Origin: Macrostomum lignano | Taxonomy: Eukaryota | Assembly: GCA_002269645.1 (NCBI GenBank) | Contig: NIVC01000492.1 | Span: 1 to 58,334, forward strand | Direction of reading: 5' to 3' | DNA: 58,334 nt | In this document: positions 46,701 to 58,334 of the stretch, piece by piece | Layout: each line of letters starts with the position of its first letter | How positions within the stretch are numbered: position 1 is the stretch's first letter | Translations under genes and position numbers: made by a program | Notes under the pieces: generated by a model | Told to the model about the DNA's origin: nothing | Databases searched by the model: none | The model's input: the letters and a program-made list of their open reading frames with translations, nothing else

Positions 46701-49700
46701 GAGAGGTGAGCAAGGGTGAGATTGGAGATTCAGAGAGGTGATGAGTAAGGGTGAGATTAGAGATTCAGAGAGGTGAGCAAGGGTGAGATTGGAGATTCAG
46801 AGAGGTGAGCAAAGGTGTGTTAAGATTTAGAGAGGTGATGAGTAAGGGTGAGATTAGAGATTCAGAGAGGTGAGCAAGGGTGAGATTGGAGATTCAGAGA
46901 GGTGATGAGTAAGGGTTAGATTAGAGATTCAGAGAGGTGAGCAAGGGTGAGATTGGAGATTCAGAGAGGTGAGCAAAGGTGAGTTAAGAGATTCAGAGAG
47001 GTGAAGAGTAAGGGTGAGATTAGAAATTCACGAATTTGAGCAAAGGTGCGAAGCATAGCTTAACGCAAAAGGAACTTTGCTCAGTTTAGTCAATAAAAAG
47101 AGAGACGCAGTTTAAGCCCAATAGAATCATGAATATTAATTAAAGGCCATAGTGTCTAGGCTAGTAAAATTATCACGAGACTCATTCGTGCAGGTAAAAA
47201 GTATAGACACACGGTTGTTAGACACATGATGTCCTCTTGTGTCGACAGCTATTTCCTAGAAATATAAAGCAGTTTGTTTATCGCGTCTCACCGACCGACC
47301 ACTCTGCAATTAAAAGCCTCCCCCATTGCGCATGAGGACACTTTATAAGGGTATGACACTAACTCAAGAAAGACAAGGTAGCTTAGATGTACATTTTAGT
47401 ATCCAGGGCAGGCCACTTAAATTTCTGTTCTCAAAGCGCAGAATGATAACAAAAGAGAGGTAGACAAAAGCATAATGATGATCTATTTCTAGATAGCAAA
47501 AGACATCACATGACAAGGTTGTTGCTTGTGTTATTGAAACAATATTTTTCTGGCTATCTATTTACGGAAAAATTATAGCTGAGTTCTGTCGGACGATTCT
47601 TAGTTCTGTTTGTCAGGAGCGATTTTTAGTTCTGTCAGGGGCGATTTTTAGTTCTGTCAGGGCGATTCTTAGTTCTGTCACGGTGATTATTAGTTCTGTC
47701 ACGGTGATTATTAGTTCTGTCACGGAGATTCTTAGTTCTGTCACGGAGATTCTTAGTTCTGTCAGGAGCGATTCTTAGTTCTGTTTGTCAGGAGCGATTT
47801 TTAGTTCTGTCAGGGGCGATTTTTAGTTCTGTCACGGAGATTCTTAGTTCTGTCAGGAGCGATTCTTAGATGTGTTTGTCAGGAGCGATTCTTAGTTCTG
47901 TCCGGGGCGATTCTTAGTTCTGTCAGGAGCGATTCTTAGTTCTGTCTGCCAAGAGCGATTCTTAGTTCTGTCAGGAGCGATTCTTAGTTTGTCAGGGGCG
48001 ATTCTTAGTTTTGTCGGGGAGATTCTTAATTCTGTCAGGGGCGATTCTTAGTTCTGTCAGAGGCGATTCTTAGTTCTGTCGGGGCGATTCTTAGTTCTGT
48101 CAGGAGCGATTCTTCGTTATGCCAGGAGTGATTCTTAGTTCTGTCAGGGCGATTCTTAGTTCTGTCAGAGGCGATTCTTAGTTTTGTCGGGGGCGATTCT
48201 TAATTCTGTCAGGGGCGATTCTTAGTTCTGTTAGTTGAGACGATTCTCAGTTCTGTCAGGAGCGATTCTTAGTTATGCCAGGAGTGATTCTTAGTTCTGT
48301 CAGGAGCGATTCTTAGTTCTGTCAGCAGCGATTCAGAAAGTTAAACAACAAAGACACTTTACCTGGCATATAAAGCGACAGAGGCAGTTTAGCAATCCGC
48401 ACCAGGTGGTACTGATGAGGCTGCTGATGCTGCAGATGGCAGTAACCATCTCCACCGGCTACTCCGCCAGCCACAGAGGGCAGTAACAACTCCACAGAGT
48501 TAAATTTTCTAGTTTTATCCTCAGAATACGGGTTGGCCACTATTAGGTAGCCGCGAACGTAGCTCATGCCGCAACGGGGAGTCGAGTTCAAGTCTAGTTC
48601 CGCTTGACGATTCGGCAGCATGTGATGATAGCGGGCCAGCCTGAGCAGTTCCTGCAGTTTGGGGTCTCTATCAGTGTAATCCCAGGTATCTCACCTAATC
48701 GAATCCCAGGTATCTAACCCAATCGAATCCCAGGTATCTCACCCAATCGAATCCCAGGTATCTCACCTAATCGAATGCCAGGTATCTCACCCAATCGAAT
48801 CCCAGGTATCTCACCTAATCGAATCCCAAGTATCTCACCCAATCGAATCCCAGGTATCTCACCTAATCGAATCCCAGGTATCTCACCCAATCGAATCCCA
48901 GGTATCTCACATAATCGAATCCCAGGTATCTCACCCAATCGAATCCCAGGTATCTCACCTAATCGAATGCCAGGTATCTCACCCAATCGAATCCCAGGTA
49001 TCTCACCTAATCGAATCCCAGGTATCTCACCCAATCGAATCCCAGGTATCTCACCTAATCGAATCCCAGGTATCTCACCCAATCGAATCCCAGGTATCTC
49101 ACCCAATCGAATCCCAGGTATCTCACCTAATCGAATCCCAGGTATCTCACCTAATCGAATCCCAGGTATCTCACCCAATCGAATCCCAGGGATCTCACCC
49201 AATCGAATCCCAGGTATCTCACCTAATCGAATCCCAGGTATCTCACCCAATCGAATCCCAGGTATCTCACCCAATCGAATCCCAGGTATCTAACCCAATC
49301 GAATCCCAGGTATATTACCCAATCAAATCCCAGGTATCTAACCCAATCGAATCCCAGGTATTTCACCCAATCGAATCCCAGGTATCTCACCCAATCGAAT
49401 CCCAGGTATTTCACCCAATCGAATCCCAGGCATCTCACCCAATCAAATCCCAGGTATCTTACCCAATCGAATCCCAGGTATCTCACCCAATCGAATCGCA
49501 GGTATTTCACCCAATCAAATCCCAGGTATATTACCCAATCAAATCCCAGGTATCTAACCCAATCGAATCCCAGGTATTTCACCCAATCGAATCCTAGGTA
49601 TCTCACCCAATCGAATCCCAGGTATTTCACCCAATCGAATCCCAGGTATCTCACCCAATCAAATCCCAGGTATCTTACCCAATCGAATCCCAGGTATCTC

Positions 49701-52700
49701 ACCCAATCGAATCCCAGGTATCTTACCCAATCGAATCCCAGTTATCTCACCCAATAAAATCCCAGGTATCTCACCCAATCGAATCCCAGGTAACAGGTAA
49801 TCGCTCACCTGCACTTTACTATCGGCCTGCAGCATAGGCTCGCACTCGACCCTGTCGCACAGGTAATAACAGCTCATACAGGCGAATCGAACATACTTCA
49901 TAATGTCATAAGCTTGGCTTAGTCGAGCCTGGGGGTCCCGGGCCAGCCAAGCCAAGCAGGCCTCGAACACCGCCTCCTCGGATTGGACGCACAGAAAATC
50001 GTCGCGAATAATTTCGGCCAATCTGTCCGCTGGCAGACTGAGAAACTCGTCTTGGCTGCAGATCTGCGATCCGGTTGGAGACTCATGAGGTGGGTCTTGC
50101 AAATTTCTCTTTTTCACTCACCCTTCATCTCAGGCTCACTATCCCCCTTCATCTCAGTCTTACTTCCTCACCCTTCATCTCAGTCTCACTATCTCCCCTT
50201 CATCTCAGTCTCACTTTCTCACCCTTCATCTCAGTCTCATTTTCTCACCCTTCATCCCAGTCTCACTTTCTCACCCTTCATCCCAGTCTCACTTTCTCAC
50301 CCTTCATCTCAGTCTCATTTTCTCACCCTTCTTTTCAATCTCACTTTCTCACCCTTCGTTTTAATCTCATTTTCTCACCATTCGTCTCAGTCTCACTTTA
50401 TCACCCATCATCTCAGTCTCATTTTCTAACCCTTCATCTCAGTCTCATTTTCTCACCCTTCATCTCAGTCTCACTTTCTCACCCTTCATCCCAGTCTCAC
50501 TTTCTCACCCTTCGTCCCAATCACATTTTTCTTACTTTTCGTATCAGTAACTCATTTACCATCTTGGCAATCTTGCCATATAGTTTTAACACACGAACTT
50601 CTCCGATTTATGAATCTCACTATCTGAACCTACAGTAGTTTTTGTTTATCTACTTACAAGTTCTAAACGGCTTACTAACAGTAGCAATACAAGGTAATCC
50701 AACAAGTACAAACCTCTTGAAAGCTGGACCCAATAACCGTCCTGGCCAATTGGGCCAACGCGTGACAATCGTGCAGTCGGGCGAAAAAGTACACAGGCAA
50801 ACAATTAGCCTTAGTCACGTGACGCCGCATGTACTCGGCGCATGCGGCTTTCAATGAAGGCAACTGTAGGAGATTAGCGGCCGATAGTAGGCATTGGACA
50901 GAGTCCAAACTGAGATTAACAGAGCCTGTGTAGATGTAGGACAGCACCAATTCAAAGGTTGCCGGCTCCATGTCTGATAGGGTCACCTGATTGCTAACGG
51001 ATTCGCGCAAACTGTGACTAAACATTGCCATGAAAAATGGGCTCGACATCGCTAAGATGTTTTTGTGGGCAGCGAAATTTACCTGCAAGTTTGAGGATTG
51101 GCAAAGATAGATAAGGAGTTCGTTGAGAGCCTGCGTATACTAGGTGAAAAAAGCTCGTAGGGAGCCTGCTTGCAAAGGAATTCGTAGAGAGCCTGCGTAC
51201 ACTAGATGAAGGAGTTCGTAGAGAGCATGCGTATACTAGGTGAAGAAGTTTGTAGTCTGTGTACACTAGGTGAAGAAGTTTGTAGAGTCAGTGTACACTA
51301 GGTGAAGGAGTTTGTAGAGTCAGTGTACACTAGGTGAAGGAGTTTGTAGAGTCTGTGTACACTAGGTGAAGGAGTTTGTAGAGTCTCTGTACACTAGGTG
51401 AAGGAGTTTGTAGAGTCTCTGTACACTAGGTGAAGGAGTTTGTAGGGTCTGCGTACACTAGGTGAAGGAGTTTGTAGTCTGTGTACACTAGGTGAAGGAG
51501 TTTGTAGAGTCTGCGTACACTAGGTGAAGGATTTTGTAGATTCTGCGTACACTAGGTGAAGGAGTTTGTAGAGTCTGCGTACACTAGGTGAAGGAGTTTG
51601 TAGAGTCTGCGTACACTAGGTGAAGGAGTTTGTAGATTCTGTGTACACTAGGTGAAGGAGTTTGTAGGGTCTGCGTACACTAGGTGAAAGAGTTTGTAGA
51701 GTCTCTGTACACTAGGTGAAGGAGTTTGTAGAGTCTGTGTACACTAGGTGAAAGAGTTTGTAGAGTCTCTGTACACTAGGTGAAGGAGTTTGTAGAGTCT
51801 GTGTACACTAGGTGAAGGAGTTTGTAGTCTGTGTACACTAGGTGAAGGAGTTTGTAGAGTCTCTGTACACTAGGTGAAGGAGTTTGTAGAGTCTGTGTAC
51901 ACTAGGTGAAGGAGTTTGTAGTCTGTGTACACTAGGTGAAGGAGTTTGTAGTCAGTGTACACTAGGTGAAGGAGTTTGTAGTCTGTGTACACTAGGTGAA
52001 GGAGTTTGTAGTCAGTGTACACTAGGTGAAGGAGTTTGTAGAGTCTCTGTACACTAGGTGAAGGAGTTTGTAGAGTCTCTGTACACTAGGTGAAGGAGTT
52101 TGTAGAGTCTGTGTACACTAGATGAAGGAGTTTGTAGAGTCTCTGTACACTAGGTGAAGGAGTTTGTAGAGTCTGTGTACACTAGGTGAAGGAGTTTGTA
52201 GAGTCTGCGTACACTAGGTGAAGGAGTTTGTAGAGTCTGCGTACACTAGGTGAAGGAGTTTGTAGAGTCTGTGTATACTAGGTGAAGGAGTTTGTAGAGT
52301 CTGCGTACACTAGGTGAAGGAGTTTGTAGTCTGTGTACACTAGGTGAAGGAGTTTGTAGAGTCTGCGTACACTAGGTGAAAAAGCTCGTAGGGAGCCTGC
52401 TTGCGAAGGAATTCGTAGAGAGCCTGTGTACACTGGGGTTGTGTCGAGGGAATGTTATACTGTCTAACAATAGATGGTCGAGAGCCTCCCAAACAGGAGC
52501 AGTTGTCTGGCATTCAATTTAACCAACCTGACCAACAGAAATATCCACATCGGCAAACTGTTTAGTCTCGTAAAGTGATCGAAACGCCTTAGCCATTCGT
52601 TCGGCCTTGTTCTCGTCAACAAATCGAACAGTTTCAGCCGTGGCTGCATCGGCCGAGCTGTCAGTGGAGTCGCTGGTTGATTCAGCATCAACGGCTGCTG

Positions 52701-53001
52701 CAGTTGTCGATGATGCAGCGGCAGCTTGGTTGCCATCTCCAGCCGCAGCTGTTGCCGATGTCGAAGAAGAGGCGACAGTTCGATTTAGATTTCTAGCCAG
52801 ACGGTTTCCACCTCCGCCGCTGTGCGTGCACGGACAAAAATTCGAAGTTGGCTGATGGTGAATCATCTGCTGCGGCAGAGCCTGAGGATTCATCAGTGGC
52901 AGCTGGGCCTGAGCCATAGGCTGATGATGATGATGATGATGATGAGGCTGGTGCGGTCGAGGCAACGGCAGTGGAGGCGGCGGCTGCTGCTGTTGTTGCA
53001 T
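43744..53001 (-). CDS. BTB-BACK-Kelch (KLHL/KBTBD-type) protein, 6 exons: 53001-52528, 51082-50714, 50063-49809, 48651-48363, 46000-45598, 44284-43744 (about 776 aa)
   Basis: BTB (FADVDISVGQ|VNFAAHKNILAMSSPFFMAMF...LSYIYTG), BACK (NCLPVYFFARLHDC...EFLSL...EEAVFEACLAWL...VRF), and kelch repeats with GG and W signatures (YAVGGF, YTFGGE, YVIGGN, RVIGGE). Phases 0, 0, 0, 1 and 2 are consistent. The ATG at 53001 is the first in-frame ATG; an upstream exon is not excluded. Confidence 0.92.
44345..44864. repeat. 14-bp minisatellite (GAACCTGAAGGGAT)
   Basis: Visible array in Kelch intron 5. Confidence 0.92.
44865..45562. mobile_element. 698-bp non-autonomous DNA transposon (MITE/foldback) with about 258-bp TIRs and an 8-bp TSD
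   Basis: CAAGGACGACTTAAGTAGAAGG... and ...CCTTCTACTTAAGTCGTCCTTG are inverted repeats with only about 2 mismatches over the arm. The spacer is about 180 bp. GGACGAAC is directly repeated at 44857-44864 and 45563-45570. Confidence 0.92.
46015..47040. repeat. G/A-rich minisatellite of about 29-33 bp (GAGATTCAGAGAGGTGAGCAAGGGTGAGATTG)
   Basis: Visible array in Kelch intron 4. Confidence 0.9.
47580..48322. repeat. 22-bp minisatellite (GATTCTTAGTTCTGTCAGGAGC)
   Basis: Visible array in Kelch intron 4. Confidence 0.92.
48675..49792. repeat. 24-bp minisatellite (CCCAGGTATCTCACCCAATCGAAT), about 46 copies, filling Kelch intron 3
   Basis: Visible array. Confidence 0.96.
50110..50520. repeat. About 26-bp CT-rich minisatellite (CTCACCCTTCATCTCAGTCTCACTTT)
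   Basis: Visible array in Kelch intron 2. Confidence 0.88.
51120..52432. repeat. 32-bp minisatellite (ACTAGGTGAAGGAGTTTGTAGAGTCTGTGTAC)
   Basis: Visible array in Kelch intron 1. Confidence 0.95.
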
Positions 53002-53134
53002 GATTCGGCAAAGCAAGTCAGGAATTAGTGAAAGTTATTGCTAGTCTGATTGATTCTTACAATTCAAGTGCACGAGGCTCTCTATTGTAATTAGATTGTA
53101 TCATGTCTTGCTTAGAGATATCTAGAACAGCTTT

Positions 53135-56100
53135 GAGATTTCTCTACCGATGCTTAGATATCTCTACCGATGCTTAGATCTCTCTATCCATGCTTAGATC
53201 TCTCTATCCATGCTTAGATATCTCTATCTATGCTTAGATATCTCTATCTATGCTTAGATATCTCTATCTATGCTTAGATATCTCTATCTATGCTTAGATC
53301 TCTCTACCGATGCTTAGATCTCTCTATCGATGCTTAAAAATCTCTATCTATGCTTAGATATCTCTATCGATGCTTAGATATCTCTACCGATGCTTAGATA
53401 TCTCTACCGATGCTTAGATCTCTCTATCCATGCTTAGATATCGCTATCTATGCTTAGATATCTCTATCTATGCTTAGATATCTCTATCTATGCTTAGACA
53501 TCTCTATCTATGCTTAGATATCTCTATCTATGCTTAGATCTCTCTACCGATGCTTAGATCTCTCTATCGATGCTTAGATATCGCTATCTATGCTTAGATA
53601 TCTCTATCGATGCTTAGATATCTCTACCGATGCTTAGATATCTCTACCGATGCTTAGATCTCTCTATCCATGCTTAGATATCGCTATCTATGCTTAGATA
53701 TCTCTATCTATGCTTAGATATCTCTATCTATGCTTAGACATCTCTATCTATGCTTAGATATCTCTATCTATGCTTAGATATCTCTACCGATGCTTAGATC
53801 TCTCTATCGATGCTTAGATATCTCTATCTATGCTTAGATATCTCTACCGATGCTTAGATCTCTCTATCGATGCTTAGATATCTCTATCTATGCTTAGATA
53901 TCTCTATCGATGCTTAGATATCTCTACCGATGCTTAGATCTCTCTATCCATGCTTAGATATCGCTATCTATGCTTAGATATCTCTATCGATGCTTAGATC
54001 TCTCTATCCATGCTTAGATATCGCTATCTATGCTTAGATATTTCTACCGATGCTTAGATCTCTCTATCCATGCTTAGATATCGCTATCTATGCTTAGATA
54101 TCTCTATCTATGCTTAGATATCTCTATCTATGCTTAGATATCCCTACCGATGCTTAGATCTCTCTATCCATGCTTGGATATCTCTACCGATGCTTAGATA
54201 TCTCTACCGATACTTAGATCTCTCTACCGATGCTTAGATATCTCTACCGATGCTTAGATCTCTCTATCGATGCTTAGATATCTCTATCTATGCTTAGATA
54301 TCTCTATCGATGCTTAGATATCTCTACCGATGCTTAGATCTCTCTACCGATGCTTAGATATCGCTATCTATGCTTAGATATCTCTATCTATGCTTAGATA
54401 TCTCTATCTATGCTTAGATATCCCTACCGATGCTTAGATCTCTCTATCCATGCTTGGATATCTCTACCGATGCTTAGATATCTCTACCGATACTTAGATC
54501 TCTCTACCGATGCTTAGATATCTCTACCGATGCTTAGATCTCTCTATCGATGCTTAGATATCTCTATCTATGCTTAGATATCTCTATCGATGCTTAGATA
54601 TCTCTACCGATGCTTAGATCTCTCTACCGATGCTTAGATATCGCTATCTATGCTTAGATATCTCTACCGATGCTTAGATCTCTCTATCGATGCTTAGATA
54701 TCTCTATTTATGCTTAGATATCTCTATCGATGCTTAGATATCTCTACCGATGCTTAGATCTCTCTACCGATGCTTAGATATCGCTATCTATGCTTAGATA
54801 TCTCTACCGATGCTTAGATCTCTCTATCCATGCTTAGATATCTCTACCGATGCTTAGATCTCTCTATCCATGCTTAGATATCGCTATCTATGCTTAGATA
54901 TCTCTATCGATGCTTAGATCTCTCTATCCATGCTTAGATATCGCTATCTATGCTTAGATATCTCTAAAGATGCTTAGATCTCTCTATCCATACTTAGATA
55001 TCTCTACCGATGCTTAGATCTCTCTATCCATGCTTAGATATCTCTACCGATGCTTAGATATCTCTATTGATGCTTAGATATCTCTTCCGATACTTAGATC
55101 TCTCTACCGATGCTTAGATATCTCTATCGATGCTTAGATCTCTCTATCCATGCTTAGATATCTCTACCGATACTTAGATCTCTCTACCGATGCTTAGATA
55201 TCTCTACCGATGCTTAGATCTCTCTATCGATGCTTAGATATCTCTATCTATGCTTAGATATCTCTATCGATGCTTAGATATCTCTACCGATACTTAGATC
55301 TCTCTACCGATGCTTAGATATCTCTACCGATGCTTAGATCTCTATATCGATGCTTAGATATCTCTATCTATGCTTAGATATCTCTATCGATGCTTAGATA
55401 TCTCTACCGATGCTTAGATCTCTCTACCGATGCTTAGATATCGCTATCTATGCTTAGATATCTCTATCTATGCTTAGATATCTCTATCTATGCTTAGATA
55501 TCCCTACCGATGCTTAGATCTCTCTATCCATGCTTGGATATCTCTACCGATGCTTAGATATCTCTACCGATACTTAGATCTCTCTACCGATGCTTAGATA
55601 TCTCTACCGATGCTTAGATCTCTCTATCGATGCTTAGATATCTCTATCTATGCTTAGATATCTCTATCGATGCTTAGATATCTCTACCGATGCTTAGATC
55701 TCTCTACGATGCTTAGATATCGCTATCTATGCTTAGATATCTCTACCGATGCTTAGATCTCTCTATCGATGCTTAGATATCTCTATCTATGCTTAGATAT
55801 CTCTATCGATGCTTAGATATCTCTACCGATGCTTAGATCTCTCTACCGATGCTTAGATATCGCTATCTATGCTTAGATATCTCTACCGATGCTTAGATCT
55901 CTCTATCCATGCTTAGATATCTCTACCGATGCTTAGATCTCTCTATCCATGCTTAGATATCGCTATCTATGCTTAGATATCTCTATCGATGCTTAGATCT
56001 CTCTATCCATGCTTAGATATCGCTATCTATGCTTAGATATCTCTAAAGATGCTTAGATCTCTCTATCCATACTTAGATATCTCTACCGATGCTTAGATCT

Positions 56101-57150
56101 CTCTATCCATGCTTAGATATCTCTACCGATGCTTAGATATCTCTATTGATGCTTAGATATCTCTTCCGATACTTAGATCTCTCTACCGATGCTTAGATAT
56201 CTCTATCGATGCTTAGATATCTCTACCGATGCTTAGATATCTCTACCGATACTTAGATATCTCTACCGATGCTTAGATATCTCTACCGATGCTTAGATCT
56301 CTCTATCCATGCTTAGATATCGCTATCTATGCTTAGATATCTCTATCTATGCTTAGATATCTCTATCTATGCTTAGATATCTCTACCGATGCTTAGATCT
56401 CTCTATCCATGCTTAGATATCGCTATCTATGCTTAGATATCTCTATCTATGCTTAGATATCTCTATCGATGCTTAGATCTCTCTACCGATGCTTAGATCT
56501 CTCTATCCATGCTTAGATATCGCTATCTGTGCTTAGATATCTCTACCGATGCTTAGATATCTCTACCGATACTTAGATATCTCTACCCATGCTTAGATAT
56601 CTCTACCGATGCTTAGATATCTTTACCGATGCTTAGATATCTCTACCGATGCTTAGATATCTCTACCGATGCTTAGATCTCTCTACCGATGCTTAGATCT
56701 CTCTACCGATGCTTAGATCTCTCTATCCATGCTTAGATATCGCTATCTATGCTTAGATATCTCTATCGATGCTTAGATCTCTCTATCCATGCTTAGATAT
56801 CGCTATCTATGCTTAGATATCTCTAAAGATGCTTAGATCTCTCTATCCATACTTAGATATCTCTACCGATGCTTAGATCTCTCTATCCATGCTTAGATAT
56901 CTCTACCGATGCTTAGATATCTCTATCGATGCTTAGATATCTCTACCGATACTTAGATCTCTCTACCGATGCTTAGATATCTCTACCGATGCTTAGATAT
57001 CTCTACCGATGCTTAGATATCTCTACCGATACTTAGATATCTCTACCGATGCTTAGATATCTCTACCGATGCTTAGATCTCTCTATCCATGCTTAGATAT
57101 CGCTATCTATGCTTAGATATATCTACCCATACTCTTCTTATGCTTAGATC
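53135..57150. repeat. 4-kb satellite, 20-bp unit (TGCTTAGATATCTCTACCGA and variants), about 200 copies
   Basis: Lines repeat in register every 20 nt; higher-order duplications are present. Confidence 0.97.
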
Positions 57151-57779
57151 ACAAATAAATTTCACATGTAATTCAGATGTCAATACTTAAAGTGCAGACA
57201 CAGGAAAATGTTCATTATAAATAAGAAATCGATACCAATAAGTTTACTAAATGATTAACTAACAACTGGCTAACTAGCCAGCTCCTTACCAGCTCAAGAT
57301 TAGGCAGGCAGCTAACAATAAACAGTTGATTAAGCAATTAATGGCATGCCAAAAATCGAGTAAATAGAGAAAAAACACAAAATTAGACATAAATATAATA
57401 AAAAAACACACAGCTTATAAATTTGTTTCTAACGCAGAAGAGATTAATTAGACAAAGTACAAAATATAATGGATTAAATGTTTGCATTTTTATCTAATTA
57501 GTAAAGTATTAACACACATAATATAATAATCATAGTTTCTCATTGTACAATTCAAGTTTTCGCAGTTCATTTTACGTAGTAGAACAAAATTTTTCAGCAT
57601 TTTTGCAACCTCCTTGCAGGCCTGAAGTGAATGACGAGTCTTCAAAGTACTTTAAAGTACATAGAATCTTTGCTGAGACTGCAGTCCCTCTCACTCTTTA
57701 TCTTCTTATCCCTGTCCCTCATCCTATCTCCCTGTCACTCTCGACACTGTTTCACTTCCGCTCCTCTACTACGAGTTTC

Positions 57780-58010
57780 CTTTCATTCTCTAACCCTAAC
57801 CCTCCTTCACTCTCCTTCCCCTCCTCTCCCTTTCTCCCTCCTTCCCCCTCCCTCTTTACCACACTCTTTATCTCTCCCTGTTCTCCACTCCGTTCCACTC
57901 CGTTCCACTCCGTTCCACTCCGTTCCACTCCATTTTTCTTTAATCTCCTACTCCGTCTCTCTCTCTCTTCTCTCTCTCTCTCTCTCTCTCTCTCCCTCTT
58001 CTGTTTCTTC
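57780..58010. repeat. CT-rich low-complexity region with (CGTTCCACTC)n and (CT)n
   Basis: Visible directly. Confidence 0.85.
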
Positions 58011-58235
58011 CTCAACTCCGGAAATACCTCGAAAAAACCAACTAAAATCTCTAATTGTAGGCGATGTTTAACACAGACTAAGACAGTCACTTTTTATAAC
58101 TTGAACTGACAAAATTGATGCTTATTAAATAAATAAATAAAAAATTTGACGTCATTAAACATTGACCTAATCAGCTACTGACTTTACTACAAGTATCAAA
58201 AAGTAAGTTATATAAAAAACAACGATTATAACGGA

Positions 58236-58334
58236 TTAAGCTTCCGTTTCACTAGCAGAACTTGATTCGCCTTTGCTAGCTGGAGACCCGCTAGAGGCGC
58301 TGACAGTTGAATCGCCAACAGTGGATTCGTTGCC
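58236..58334 (-). CDS. Probable terminal coding exon (Ser-rich C-terminus) of a gene extending beyond the window
   Basis: The frame is open from the window edge: GNESTVGDSTVSASSGSPASKGESSSASETEA-TAA. GC is higher than in the AT-rich flank that follows the stop. No homology is recognisable. Confidence 0.4.
   Translation of the reverse strand, partial: GNESTVGDSTVSASSGSPASKGESSSASETEA

Overview
Eukaryotic (metazoan) genomic DNA with spliced genes in a landscape dominated by tandem repeats. The style (GTGAG donors, a minisatellite in almost every intron) suggests a free-living flatworm such as Macrostomum, but that is inference only. Five genes could be assembled exon by exon with consistent splice phases. 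(1) + strand Eph receptor tyrosine kinase, 9502-24265: FN3-FN3-TM-kinase-SAM-PDZ tail; the ligand-binding and Cys-rich exons are not in the window. (2) + strand PPTC7/PTC7-type PP2C phosphatase, 26830-29218. (3, 4) A convergent pair of type II membrane TNF-superfamily ligands, 35739-37429 (+) and 40023-41421 (-). (5) - strand BTB-BACK-Kelch protein, 43744-53001. A probable last exon of a sixth gene lies at the right edge. Also present are two MITE-like inverted-repeat elements, a CORE-type tRNA SINE and about 40 micro/minisatellite arrays. Most long ORFs in the supplied track are artefacts of these arrays. The best leads are: an ERSE-like CCAAT-N9-ACACGTCA motif amplified in the homologous intron of both TNF paralogs; a PTC7 with both a mitochondrial-type presequence and a C-terminal PTS1 (-AKL); a Gly-rich insertion in the Eph activation loop; intron arrays carrying dozens of donor-like GTGAGA motifs; and a young 698-bp foldback element with an 8-bp TSD. 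All coordinates and copy numbers were read by eye; no database searches were run.
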